54,578 bases of DNA. Source: a virus (taxonomy: Duplodnaviria; Caudoviricetes). A program made the translations under genes and the position numbers. The stretch covers positions 1 through 54,578 of the IMG/VR virus record IMGVR_UViG_3300009180_002134, one strand, 5' to 3'. This document shows, piece by piece, positions 1 through 7,513 of this stretch; the first letter of the stretch is position 1, and the number at the start of each line of letters is the position of its first letter. The notes beneath the pieces are model-generated. The model saw only the letters and a list, made by a program, of their open reading frames with translations, did not search any database and was not told the DNA's origin.

Positions 1-1
1 C

Positions 2-943
2 AATGATATGATGAACAATCTTAAAAATGGTGGTGATGAGTTTACTAATGATAAGGTTCAGAAAGCTATGGATGGAATGTTAGACAGTAAAGCAGCTAAA
101 GAGATGTTGGAAGAAGCAATTAATGAGGCACAGGATACATGTAAAAGTCTTGATGGTGCAATGTCTGAAGAACAACAAGATCAAATGTTTGAAGCTGCCA
201 ATAAAGGAGGGAATGAAGCCGGTAAGATAGATGGTCAGTTCTTAAACAGAATAGCTAAAGATATTCAGAAAATTAAACTTTCTTTGGGTAATCTTAAAGA
301 AAAGATTAAGAAACTGATGGATAAATCTGCTAGTTATTTTTCTGCTAAAGAAGAAACCACATTTGACGACTTATTCAATTCTGATAACATTGGAGGACTT
401 GATGACTTTATGTTGTTACATCCTAGTCTTAGAAAAATAATGATTGAAGATGTAATGATTAAGGATACTAAGAAAGTGGGTAAGATAGATCTTTATATAG
501 ATATATCAGGCAGTATGGCTTCAGATTGTGGTGTTAAAACAGATGATGGATCTTATATCAGCAAGCTTGATTTCTGTAAATCTTTTGCATATAAGCTTAA
601 GGAGATGGATATGTTGAATGACATCTACACCTTTGAGAATGTAGTAAGAAAGATTGGTAGTGATCTTGTAAGTATTGCAATGATAGATGACAGAGGTGGT
701 ACAGATATTGATAAAGCTGTAGCCAAAGTTGTAAAGAATGGTTTAAATGCTATTATTATTACAGATGCAGAAGATCATTGCTCTATTTATTCTGATAAAG
801 CATTCTTTATCGGTGTGCAGGGATCAAGATTTAGTGGATTCCGTGATGAGGTGATTAAAGAATATTCTGAGAAAGAACAAGTGATTGTATTCAATGGAAC
901 CACCATTAGTAAAGTGGACCAAAGAGGTTTCATAATAAAATAG
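2..943 (+). CDS. vWA (MIDAS) domain protein, 5'-truncated; probable partner of a MoxR-type AAA+ ATPase outside the window
   Basis: LYIDISGSM (DxSxS MIDAS), GGTDI and IIITDAED motifs; frame is open to the window edge (aat gat atg). Confidence 0.8.
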   Translation, partial: NDMMNNLKNGGDEFTNDKVQKAMDGMLDSKAAKEMLEEAINEAQDTCKSLDGAMSEEQQDQMFEAANKGGNEAGKIDGQFLNRIAKDIQKIKLSLGNLKEKIKKLMDKSASYFSAKEETTFDDLFNSDNIGGLDDFMLLHPSLRKIMIEDVMIKDTKKVGKIDLYIDISGSMASDCGVKTDDGSYISKLDFCKSFAYKLKEMDMLNDIYTFENVVRKIGSDLVSIAMIDDRGGTDIDKAVAKVVKNGLNAIIITDAEDHCSIYSDKAFFIGVQGSRFSGFRDEVIKEYSEKEQVIVFNGTTISKVDQRGFIIK

Positions 944-962
944 TCATAGGGGGTTATGATGA

Positions 963-1006
963 AAAACTAGAGAGCTTCATAGTGATGTGAGGCTCTCATT
1001 AGTTTT
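963..1006. terminator. Probable bidirectional intrinsic terminator between convergent genes
   Basis: GAGAGCTTCATA-GTGA-TGTGAGGCTCTC 12-bp stem with GNRA loop (970-997), flanked by aaaacta / tagtttt. Confidence 0.7.
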
Positions 1007-1127
1007 AACGTCCCTGTCCTTGATATTTTTTGGGTCTTGGAGTGTGTTTGTTGAAAGACTTTTTAGCAGATCCTGTTTTACGTCTACCAAATGTAAGTTT
1101 TCTAGTTTCTCCTATTGATTTTGCCAT
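1005..1127 (-). CDS. Small basic protein, 40 aa (MAKSIGETRKLTFGRRKTGSAKKSFNKHTPRPKKYQGQGR), not in the ORF track
   Basis: Hand-translated ATG..TAA, starts 10 nt after the upstream stop and ends at the terminator; K/R-rich with a C-terminal KKYxGQG motif seen in small phage proteins. Confidence 0.75.
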   Translation of the reverse strand: MAKSIGETRKLTFGRRKTGSAKKSFNKHTPRPKKYQGQGR

Positions 1128-1137
1128 TCTATTAATT

Positions 1138-2181
1138 TTAATCTCTTAACAATCTTACTGAATATCCACGGGTTTTTATAACATTAGCATTATACACTGC
1201 AGTTCCAGTGTATAATAAATAAAATACGTATGCATTTGTTAGACCAGAAGTTGAAGTCCAGTAATTTGAAGTTTCTGTTATATCTAAAAAATTCTGATAG
1301 TCATCACAACCACCACCACCTAAAGCTGTAAACGCACTACTATTAGTAGCTCCAGTATTTGGAGTTTTCCAATGTGTTAACCCAGTTTCTTTTAATTCTC
1401 CTCCAGCTACTGATCCACCTCCTAAAGTTGTAATTAAAGTTTCCCACTCCGTTTTTGTGGGTACATGATAACCGACAGGAGCTAAACCTCTAGGATCTGT
1501 TACAGCATAATTATTATATAGCTTTCCATAAATTGGACCATTTGCAGAATCATTATTGTAATAACACCATGCACCTGTAGTTGCTAATACCCATTCTGCT
1601 GGATCTGTTATTTCAGGTATAATATCTCCATTTCTGTATCTATCAACATCTAGATTTCTACTAGTCCATTCTTGAGTACCAATTGTTTGTGTAGTACATA
1701 TACTGCATTCACCATCCGTTGACCAAATAGTAGATATAGTTCCTACATCAGCAGGACCAGTTGTTACACTGTCTACATACCAACATTCTGGAGTGTCATT
1801 ACTAACAATAGTTCCTTGAATCAACTCTTGAGTTCCTGTATATCTTATTGTATGATATTCCATTCTTTCACAACCAGCCACTCTATAGTATTGGGCTGTG
1901 TCACAGCATAAATCTACAACCACTTCTTTCCATACACCGTCCTTAGGATATGACTTTCCCACTATTAAACTACCGGGAACTATCTGACCACTTTTAGTAT
2001 ATCTCACCCATCCTTTAGGAGATGCAGTGATTACACCTGGAAGGTCTGTATCACAACAAATATTAGTGGGCACTTCTGTATATAAACCATCAATAGGATA
2101 GCTTCCTGCAGTAAGAATGAGACTTCCTGGTATAAGTCTACCTTGTTTAGTATATTTTACGAATGCACGTTTCTTAGCCAT
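1138..2181 (-). CDS. Putative virion-surface protein: two N-terminal 'PGSLI...CC' repeats plus C-terminal FISUMP (Fib_succ_major) domain
   Basis: IGTQEWTSRNLDV, YGKLYN, GLAPVGYHVPTKTEWETL, YWTS and GYSVRLLRD are FISUMP hallmarks; tandem N-terminal module at aa 1-45 and ~56-95. Confidence 0.8.
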   Translation of the reverse strand: MAKKRAFVKYTKQGRLIPGSLILTAGSYPIDGLYTEVPTNICCDTDLPGVITASPKGWVRYTKSGQIVPGSLIVGKSYPKDGVWKEVVVDLCCDTAQYYRVAGCERMEYHTIRYTGTQELIQGTIVSNDTPECWYVDSVTTGPADVGTISTIWSTDGECSICTTQTIGTQEWTSRNLDVDRYRNGDIIPEITDPAEWVLATTGAWCYYNNDSANGPIYGKLYNNYAVTDPRGLAPVGYHVPTKTEWETLITTLGGGSVAGGELKETGLTHWKTPNTGATNSSAFTALGGGGCDDYQNFLDITETSNYWTSTSGLTNAYVFYLLYTGTAVYNANVIKTRGYSVRLLRD

Positions 2182-2192
2182 TTTATTTTACT

Positions 2193-3182
2193 TTATAAAC
2201 TATTTAAAAATGGTGTTGTTAAATCTGTCCATCCTGATACAGAGTTATATTTTTTAAATGAAGTAACATTTACATATGCATTGTATCCATAATCTACATT
2301 AATAAATGTACCACTGCAATAGAATACATCTACATTAGCTCCTACATTAGCTGCTATAATACCAGATGCTCCTGTTAAGAATGTATCTGATGCCACTCTA
2401 ATATATTCTGTAGCTAGTTTAACACCAGCACCATACTTAGTAGGATCTAATACAAAGTTATAAGGAGCAGAACAAAGTGTAGCTCTATTTGCCCATAGTA
2501 TAGTGGCAAGAGTGAAATACTGATCATTATTAGCAAATACACCAGCTCCTCTCACTGGAGTGGGACCACCAGCTAAATTAGTCATAACCCATTGAGCAGC
2601 TGTAACAACAGCACCACATGTGTTATCTGTCAAAGACTGAGCTTGAGTTTTACCTTTTCTCCACATACGCCCTACATTACCAACTTGTGATATACCTATA
2701 TGAGGCATATTTACTAAGAACAAAGCTCCATTAGCTGTAATATGAGAAGCCCAAGCTTGCAATCCTAACACCCCTGTATGAGGATAACCTGCTAATCCTG
2801 CACCAAAAAATGGTCCAAGAAAACTAGATTGTTGTGCCGAAGTTTGTCCCAAGTTGCCAACAAGCTCAACAGCATTAACATCATCTGAACATACATCTGT
2901 ACTAAGAAGTACATCTTTATAACTGTATCCTTGAGTTTTAATAAACTCTTTAGTAGCTTCAGCAAATCTTAATGCTGATATAGCATCTTCATATTCATCT
3001 TGAACAGTGATGTTGTATGATGTTGGATTAGGTGGAAAAACAGAAGTTGTACAACATAAGTCTGCTGGAACTTCATTCCATGTAGCTGGTCCTTGAGGAA
3101 AACTTCCTGCTGTTAGGATTAAACTACCAGGTACAATCTTGCCTTGCTTACTGTACCTTACAAATGCTCTTTTCTTTGCCAT
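2193..3182 (-). CDS. 'PGSLI...CC' N-terminal module fused to an LCIB/LCIC-family beta-carbonic-anhydrase-like domain
   Basis: VCSDDVN, GPFFGAGLAGYPHTGVLGLQAWASHI, PHIGIS..G..G...R.G, TCGA: Cys/His/Cys zinc-ligand pattern of the LCIB family. Confidence 0.7.
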   Translation of the reverse strand: MAKKRAFVRYSKQGKIVPGSLILTAGSFPQGPATWNEVPADLCCTTSVFPPNPTSYNITVQDEYEDAISALRFAEATKEFIKTQGYSYKDVLLSTDVCSDDVNAVELVGNLGQTSAQQSSFLGPFFGAGLAGYPHTGVLGLQAWASHITANGALFLVNMPHIGISQVGNVGRMWRKGKTQAQSLTDNTCGAVVTAAQWVMTNLAGGPTPVRGAGVFANNDQYFTLATILWANRATLCSAPYNFVLDPTKYGAGVKLATEYIRVASDTFLTGASGIIAANVGANVDVFYCSGTFINVDYGYNAYVNVTSFKKYNSVSGWTDLTTPFLNSL

Positions 3183-3183
3183 A

Positions 3184-3312
3184 TTATATATTTTTTGATT
3201 GTAATTTTGCTTGTTCAGCTTCTAACTTAGCTTTAGATTTATCTAAGATTTCTTGTACTTTTTCAGATACAGGTTTAGGAGCTGGAGGATTAGGAAATAA
3301 AGGTTGTGTCAT
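3184..3312 (-). CDS. Small hypothetical protein, 42 aa (MTQPLFPNPPAPKPVSEKVQEILDKSKAKLEAEQAKLQSKNI), not in the ORF track
   Basis: Hand-translated; fills the gap, with its stop 1 nt before the next ATG; Pro-rich N-terminus then an amphipathic helix. Confidence 0.65.
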   Translation of the reverse strand: MTQPLFPNPPAPKPVSEKVQEILDKSKAKLEAEQAKLQSKNI

Positions 3313-3336
3313 AATATTTAAGTTTTAAATTGTTAA

Positions 3337-4023
3337 TTAATCCCACCAAAGGGTAACATTAGAATTTCCTGCTGCAAATTCAAAGTCATAAGATATAAGA
3401 GCTTCAGCTAAATCTGTTGTAGGTACTGATCCATAAGCTTCTAATACAAGACCATAGTTAATTTCTCCTGTAACAGGATCAGCAGGTCCATAACTATACA
3501 TCATCATTTTAACACCATATAATGTATTATACACTGCAGCATCTATATCCCACATTTGAGCACCATCTGCTAAAGGAGTGGTTGTAATATCTAGAGTGGG
3601 ATCATATACATTACCATCTTCTACAGCTGCCACCATTCCTGTTAGTTTACCAGGAAATAAAACAGGGCCTCCAAATATTTCATTAGTAGGTATAATTTTA
3701 ATTGTACCAAGATATTGACTAATTACAGAATTTCCACTATACTGAAGTACTCCTCTCACTCTATAACTATTTACAGTGACAGCTGGAATAAAACCCATAC
3801 CTTGACCACTAGGATATTGATATATAGGACCTGCATCAAATAATGTAGATTCTGGATACCATACAAAAGGATAGTCAAGAGTATGTATTTCTTGATTAGC
3901 TTTATTTTTTTCTACATCATCCACTAATCCATTAAGATGTCCTAATCTAGCAAGACTATTGTCTCCTACTATTTTGTTTAAATAGACTTCTGGACTACGA
4001 GGTTTAAATTTTTTAAGACTCAT
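3337..4023 (-). CDS. Hypothetical virion-associated protein (beta-rich C-terminal domain); start re-called at MSLKKFKPRSPEVYL
   Basis: ATG at 4023 follows an A-rich leader (taaaacaATG); the longer 4074 start overlaps a coupled micro-ORF. Confidence 0.6.
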   Translation of the reverse strand: MSLKKFKPRSPEVYLNKIVGDNSLARLGHLNGLVDDVEKNKANQEIHTLDYPFVWYPESTLFDAGPIYQYPSGQGMGFIPAVTVNSYRVRGVLQYSGNSVISQYLGTIKIIPTNEIFGGPVLFPGKLTGMVAAVEDGNVYDPTLDITTTPLADGAQMWDIDAAVYNTLYGVKMMMYSYGPADPVTGEINYGLVLEAYGSVPTTDLAEALISYDFEFAAGNSNVTLWWD

Positions 4024-4027
4024 TGTT

Positions 4028-4096
4028 TTATTTTTTAGGTTTAGGAACAGCTGGTTTACCACAGCCACATCCATAGTTAAAAATATTTTTTATCAT
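4028..4096 (-). CDS. 22-aa micro-protein MIKNIFNYGCGCGKPAVPKPKK
   Basis: ATG overlaps the TGA of the upstream gene (ATGA); stop 4 nt before the next ATG; GCGCGK motif with basic tail. Confidence 0.55.
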   Translation of the reverse strand: MIKNIFNYGCGCGKPAVPKPKK

Positions 4097-4395
4097 TCTT
4101 TTTTTGTTTTTTCAGTTCCAAAATAATAAGAAAAAATCATCAATGTCAATGTTTTTATTAAATCAAATAATTGATTATTTTGTTCATCAGATAACAAAGC
4201 CATTTTAAATGCAATCACTTTATCAACTATAAAAACACCAACAAGAGCTGCAAATACTAATAAAATAAATCTTACTAATAAATCTTTGGTGTTTGTTGTA
4301 AATAACTTATTAGTAAACCATACACACAATATAACAAATAACAACCCTATAATTACAGCACAAATTTGCTCAAGCTGACTAGGAGAACTAAACAT
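4093..4395 (-). CDS. Holin-like membrane protein (3 TM segments)
   Basis: Three hydrophobic stretches, SYYFG motif and charged C-terminus; TAATG-coupled to the endolysin. Confidence 0.6.
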   Translation of the reverse strand: MFSSPSQLEQICAVIIGLLFVILCVWFTNKLFTTNTKDLLVRFILLVFAALVGVFIVDKVIAFKMALLSDEQNNQLFDLIKTLTLMIFSYYFGTEKTKKE

Positions 4396-4811
4396 TATAT
4401 ACTTTTAAGTTGAAAATGCATTCCATCTTTTCTTTGCCATGTTCCACCCCATTCAAACCCATTGTCTGTAAAACATTTTACAAATCCTGGAGATAATTTT
4501 GGTGTCATATTAAGTCCATTCTCAAATGCATTAAGATCTACAGCTATTCCCCAGCTATGTAAAGACATAGAACCTAAGCCTCTTTTCTTTCTTATATTGA
4601 AACAACCATCCCATGTTTTTAGTTCTTTAACATGTCCTGTTGTAATAAGAGCTTGAATAGCTTTTGCTAATGGTTCAACCATATCTTTGTTACAATAGAT
4701 TTTTTTAGGAATCACTCCTATTTCTAAATATCCTGGAACATCCCATAAGATCATTGCTGATTGTTTATTAGGATCTCCGTATTTCTTTAATGCTTGTGCT
4801 GATGTTACCAT
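4395..4811 (-). CDS. Endolysin, peptidase M15 family (L-Ala-D-Glu peptidase-like)
   Basis: FNIRKKRG...SLHSWGIAVDLN...WGGTWQRKDGMHFQ (SxH, D and H zinc ligands). Confidence 0.88.
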   Translation of the reverse strand: MVTSAQALKKYGDPNKQSAMILWDVPGYLEIGVIPKKIYCNKDMVEPLAKAIQALITTGHVKELKTWDGCFNIRKKRGLGSMSLHSWGIAVDLNAFENGLNMTPKLSPGFVKCFTDNGFEWGGTWQRKDGMHFQLKSI

Positions 4812-4812
4812 A

Positions 4813-5250
4813 TTATTTTGTATATCTATATATAAATGCTCCTGTTACAGCAATTATACCACCTGTAAACAAGAAATCTGTAATTGTTTTCTTAACTCTG
4901 TATCTTTTATATTGCTTAGAAAGATCTGCATATTGCTTCTTAGACTCTTCAAACAAAGACATGTAAGCTTTCTTTTGAATCTGTTCGTTCTTAATCATTT
5001 CATTATAGTTAAGCTCTTTAATCTTTCCTATAACTATAAGACTATCTTTAAAAGATAATTTATCTCTAGTGATACCAAGCTGCTCTATAGTGATATATAA
5101 ACTAGCCTTAGCAGAATCTCCTATTAAAAGATCTTCAGCTATCTTTTTAGCTACAGATGTAGGCATACAGACAGTGTTAGGATCTGGATTAGGTTGAGCA
5201 TAAGCAGTTATGCTAAACAATAAAATGATAAATGTTATTAGTTGTTTCAT
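4813..5250 (-). CDS. Spanin-like periplasmic coiled-coil protein (signal peptide plus C-terminal TM); start re-called at MKQLITF
   Basis: MKQLITFIILLFSITAYA|Q signal peptide, helical/coiled-coil body, C-terminal FLFTGGIIAVTGAFIY; adjacent to the endolysin. Confidence 0.55.
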   Translation of the reverse strand: MKQLITFIILLFSITAYAQPNPDPNTVCMPTSVAKKIAEDLLIGDSAKASLYITIEQLGITRDKLSFKDSLIVIGKIKELNYNEMIKNEQIQKKAYMSLFEESKKQYADLSKQYKRYRVKKTITDFLFTGGIIAVTGAFIYRYTK

Positions 5251-5251
5251 A

Positions 5252-5653
5252 TTAATAATTATATCTATCTTTAAAGAATGAGTCCACTTGTTGAGGAGTG
5301 TAAGTCCCAGGTTTACTAATTCTATCGTGATAATATTCACGTATAATAGTTTCTTTGTTCTTCACCTTACTAAGTTTGTCATCCAAGACATTAAGCTTAT
5401 CATCTATAGAATGAGCTATACTATCCAATGTAGATTGTTTAGCTTGTAAGTCTACATTATCTTTAGCTGCTGAATCAATAACATTTTGTATAAACTCATC
5501 TTTAGGGCTAACAGGTTTTTTATCTGTATCTTTTACAGCAAGTACAATTAGAATTATAAGAACAATAATACCTATTATACCAAATATGCTTGCATTATCA
5601 ATCTTACGTTTAAATTTAGGAAAGTATATTTCCTCTTTTTGTTGTTCTTCCAT
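5252..5653 (-). CDS. i-spanin-like protein (N-terminal TM plus coiled coil)
   Basis: IFGIIGIIVLIILIVLAV TM followed by a heptad-rich region; lies in the lysis cassette. Confidence 0.55.
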   Translation of the reverse strand: MEEQQKEEIYFPKFKRKIDNASIFGIIGIIVLIILIVLAVKDTDKKPVSPKDEFIQNVIDSAAKDNVDLQAKQSTLDSIAHSIDDKLNVLDDKLSKVKNKETIIREYYHDRISKPGTYTPQQVDSFFKDRYNY

Positions 5654-5654
5654 A

Positions 5655-5915
5655 TTAATCAGATTGTTGTTCTCCTTCCTGAATATATACTGGTTCTTCT
5701 GTAAAGAAATTACTTAACACCTTACCCACCACACCTATAATAAGAGATGTAATAGCTAAGGTTTTATTGTCCATTATCATACTAGACATAGATGTAATAG
5801 AAAATATCCCAAGTAAACTATCCCCAATCTTTCTCATCTTATTAGGCGTAGGTGCCCAATAAGACTTCATACTGAATGTAGTTTTATGTTTAATAAATTT
5901 TCTATTCTTCTTCAT
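5655..5915 (-). CDS. Holin-like 2-TM membrane protein
   Basis: YWAPTPNKMRKIGDSLL followed by two hydrophobic helices; first gene of the spanin/endolysin run. Confidence 0.5.
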   Translation of the reverse strand: MKKNRKFIKHKTTFSMKSYWAPTPNKMRKIGDSLLGIFSITSMSSMIMDNKTLAITSLIIGVVGKVLSNFFTEEPVYIQEGEQQSD

Positions 5916-5917
5916 AA

Positions 5918-6595
5918 TTATACTATTATAAGTGTTACAGTATTATTCGTTTGTAAAGTAACTATATTAGGATCTGTAACTAAAGCAGCTGGTAATGTTA
6001 CTGTAATGGTGTTACCAGATATACTATCAAATACAATAGTACCATCCATTGTAATACATTTGTTAATATTAAGAGTCTCTAAAGAAGTGCATCCATTGAA
6101 ACATTCAGTTCCTATATCTATTACACTAGGTAGATTTACGTATCTTAAAGCAGAACAATATCTAAAGTTTTTATCACCACTTAATATAGATTTTGGTAGA
6201 TTTACATACTCTAAACCTGTACATAAACCAAAACTTGCACCACCTGCATCTGTAACTATTCCACCAATATCATTTATACTTAATATACGATTATAATCTA
6301 CAACAGGTGCAAAAATACTACCAAGTGTTAATGTAAAATTAGAACCACCATAGAATCTCTGTGTATCTCCAAGAGTGATCATTGATGTAAAGTTTGAACT
6401 CATGTCAGCATTTGCATCAGAAAGTGTAGGCCAACCATCATTAGTAGCCCCAAATATCACTTCAAAGTATGGTGGATTATCTATTGATGCTTGAGCAATA
6501 GCTTGTGTATTTTTATCTACAGCACAACAAAGTCTTTTCACTCTAGTTGTAAGCCAGTTTAATCTTCCAAATATATCAGAGCTTATGGGATTCAT
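5918..6595 (-). CDS. BspA-type (LRR_5) leucine-rich-repeat protein with short N-terminal helical '..RLCC' module
   Basis: Repeats FGLCTGLEYVNLP / FRYCSALRYVNLPSVIDIGTECFNGCTSLETLNI. Confidence 0.75.
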   Translation of the reverse strand: MNPISSDIFGRLNWLTTRVKRLCCAVDKNTQAIAQASIDNPPYFEVIFGATNDGWPTLSDANADMSSNFTSMITLGDTQRFYGGSNFTLTLGSIFAPVVDYNRILSINDIGGIVTDAGGASFGLCTGLEYVNLPKSILSGDKNFRYCSALRYVNLPSVIDIGTECFNGCTSLETLNINKCITMDGTIVFDSISGNTITVTLPAALVTDPNIVTLQTNNTVTLIIV

Positions 6596-6918
6596 ATTTT
6601 TTCAGTTATAATTTGTTCATTAATATTATAAAAGTCTTCATGTTTGAAGAACTTGTCATATTGTAAACCTTCTGATGAAGCCACTTTAGATGTCATCTTC
6701 TTTAAGAAAACAACATTATTTAACAACTCCACTTGTTTTTGAAGCTGTTCAATCTTAGTTTTGTCTACATTAGACTGAGCCAAAAGAGCCTTGACATCAG
6801 ACCTTATCTCCAACACTTCTTTGTATATTATACCGGCTAGAATGCTCACTAGAGCAGGAAACAGCCACAACTTAAATTGATTCATTACTCTCTCTGTCTT
6901 TGAAGTTGTAGGAGACAT
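6592..6918 (-). CDS. Membrane-anchored coiled-coil hypothetical protein
   Basis: LWLFPALVSILAGIIY TM followed by coiled coil; ATGA-coupled to the LRR gene. Confidence 0.6.
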   Translation of the reverse strand: MSPTTSKTERVMNQFKLWLFPALVSILAGIIYKEVLEIRSDVKALLAQSNVDKTKIEQLQKQVELLNNVVFLKKMTSKVASSEGLQYDKFFKHEDFYNINEQIITEKI

Positions 6919-6948
6919 AGCTTTTAAATTTTAATATTCACCATTATT

Positions 6949-6963
6949 TACAATATAATATAC
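6949..6963 (-). promoter_or_regulatory. Candidate phage late promoter motif GTATATTATATTGTA
   Basis: About 30 nt upstream of the first gene of the minus-strand late block; near-identical motif at 42324-42339. Confidence 0.4.
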
Positions 6964-6984
6964 ACTTTTTTTAAGTAAAATCCA

Positions 6985-6992
6985 TATATTTG
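6985..6992 (+). promoter_or_regulatory. Bacteroidota housekeeping-sigma -7 element (TAnnTTTG)
   Basis: TATATTTG 20 nt upstream of the first replication-block ATG in the divergent intergenic region; no clear -33 TTTG. Confidence 0.6.
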
Positions 6993-7012
6993 TTGCCCAA
7001 AATAAATCAATC

Positions 7013-7513
7013 ATGATAAAGTACAGTAAAAAAGAAGAAGTTGAGAAAAGACTCATTAACAACTTCAGAAAGACATTTTATAGAAGACTAGGGTATTATC
7101 CTATAGTGAGCACACAAGTAATTCAAAATGATTCTGTTATAAGTATCATGAGTTTGAACGAACTTGAACAGCATTTTGCCTACCGTTTTCCTTATAAGTT
7201 TGGTAAACACCACAACTTAAGAAGTAAAGGTAGATATAGAGAACTTGTAGATTTGAGAATTATATTCACTCAGATGGCAAGGACAATGAATTATACATAT
7301 TATGACATAGGACAGTATCTTGGTGGTAAGCATCACACTACTATTTTAAATTATGCAGTGCTATTCAGAAATTTGATGGAAACATCTGAAGCATTTAGAG
7401 AATTGTATACTACTATTTTTAACCACATAAAAGAAAAAACAAAACATGAGTCATCAAATCTGGAATCCCTTAATCAAACACAATGTGAGCCCCAATCAGA
7501 TTTATTTTCTTGA
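7013..7513 (+). CDS. DnaA domain-IV-like (Bac_DnaA_C) helix-turn-helix DNA-binding protein
   Basis: LRSKGRYRELVDLR...YYDIGQYLGGKHHTTILNY resembles DnaA 'IG..FGGRDHTTV'; no AAA+ domain. Confidence 0.75.
   Translation: MIKYSKKEEVEKRLINNFRKTFYRRLGYYPIVSTQVIQNDSVISIMSLNELEQHFAYRFPYKFGKHHNLRSKGRYRELVDLRIIFTQMARTMNYTYYDIGQYLGGKHHTTILNYAVLFRNLMETSEAFRELYTTIFNHIKEKTKHESSNLESLNQTQCEPQSDLFS

Noticed and set aside
1138-1300. Diversity-generating retroelement acting on the FISUMP gene
   Set aside because: No reverse transcriptase or template repeat in the window
4024-4074. Track start at 4074 for the 245-aa ORF (likewise 5340 and 11191 for two other genes)
   Set aside because: The extensions overlap a coupled micro-ORF, an upstream gene or a terminator; downstream ATGs (4023, 5250, 11245) fit better
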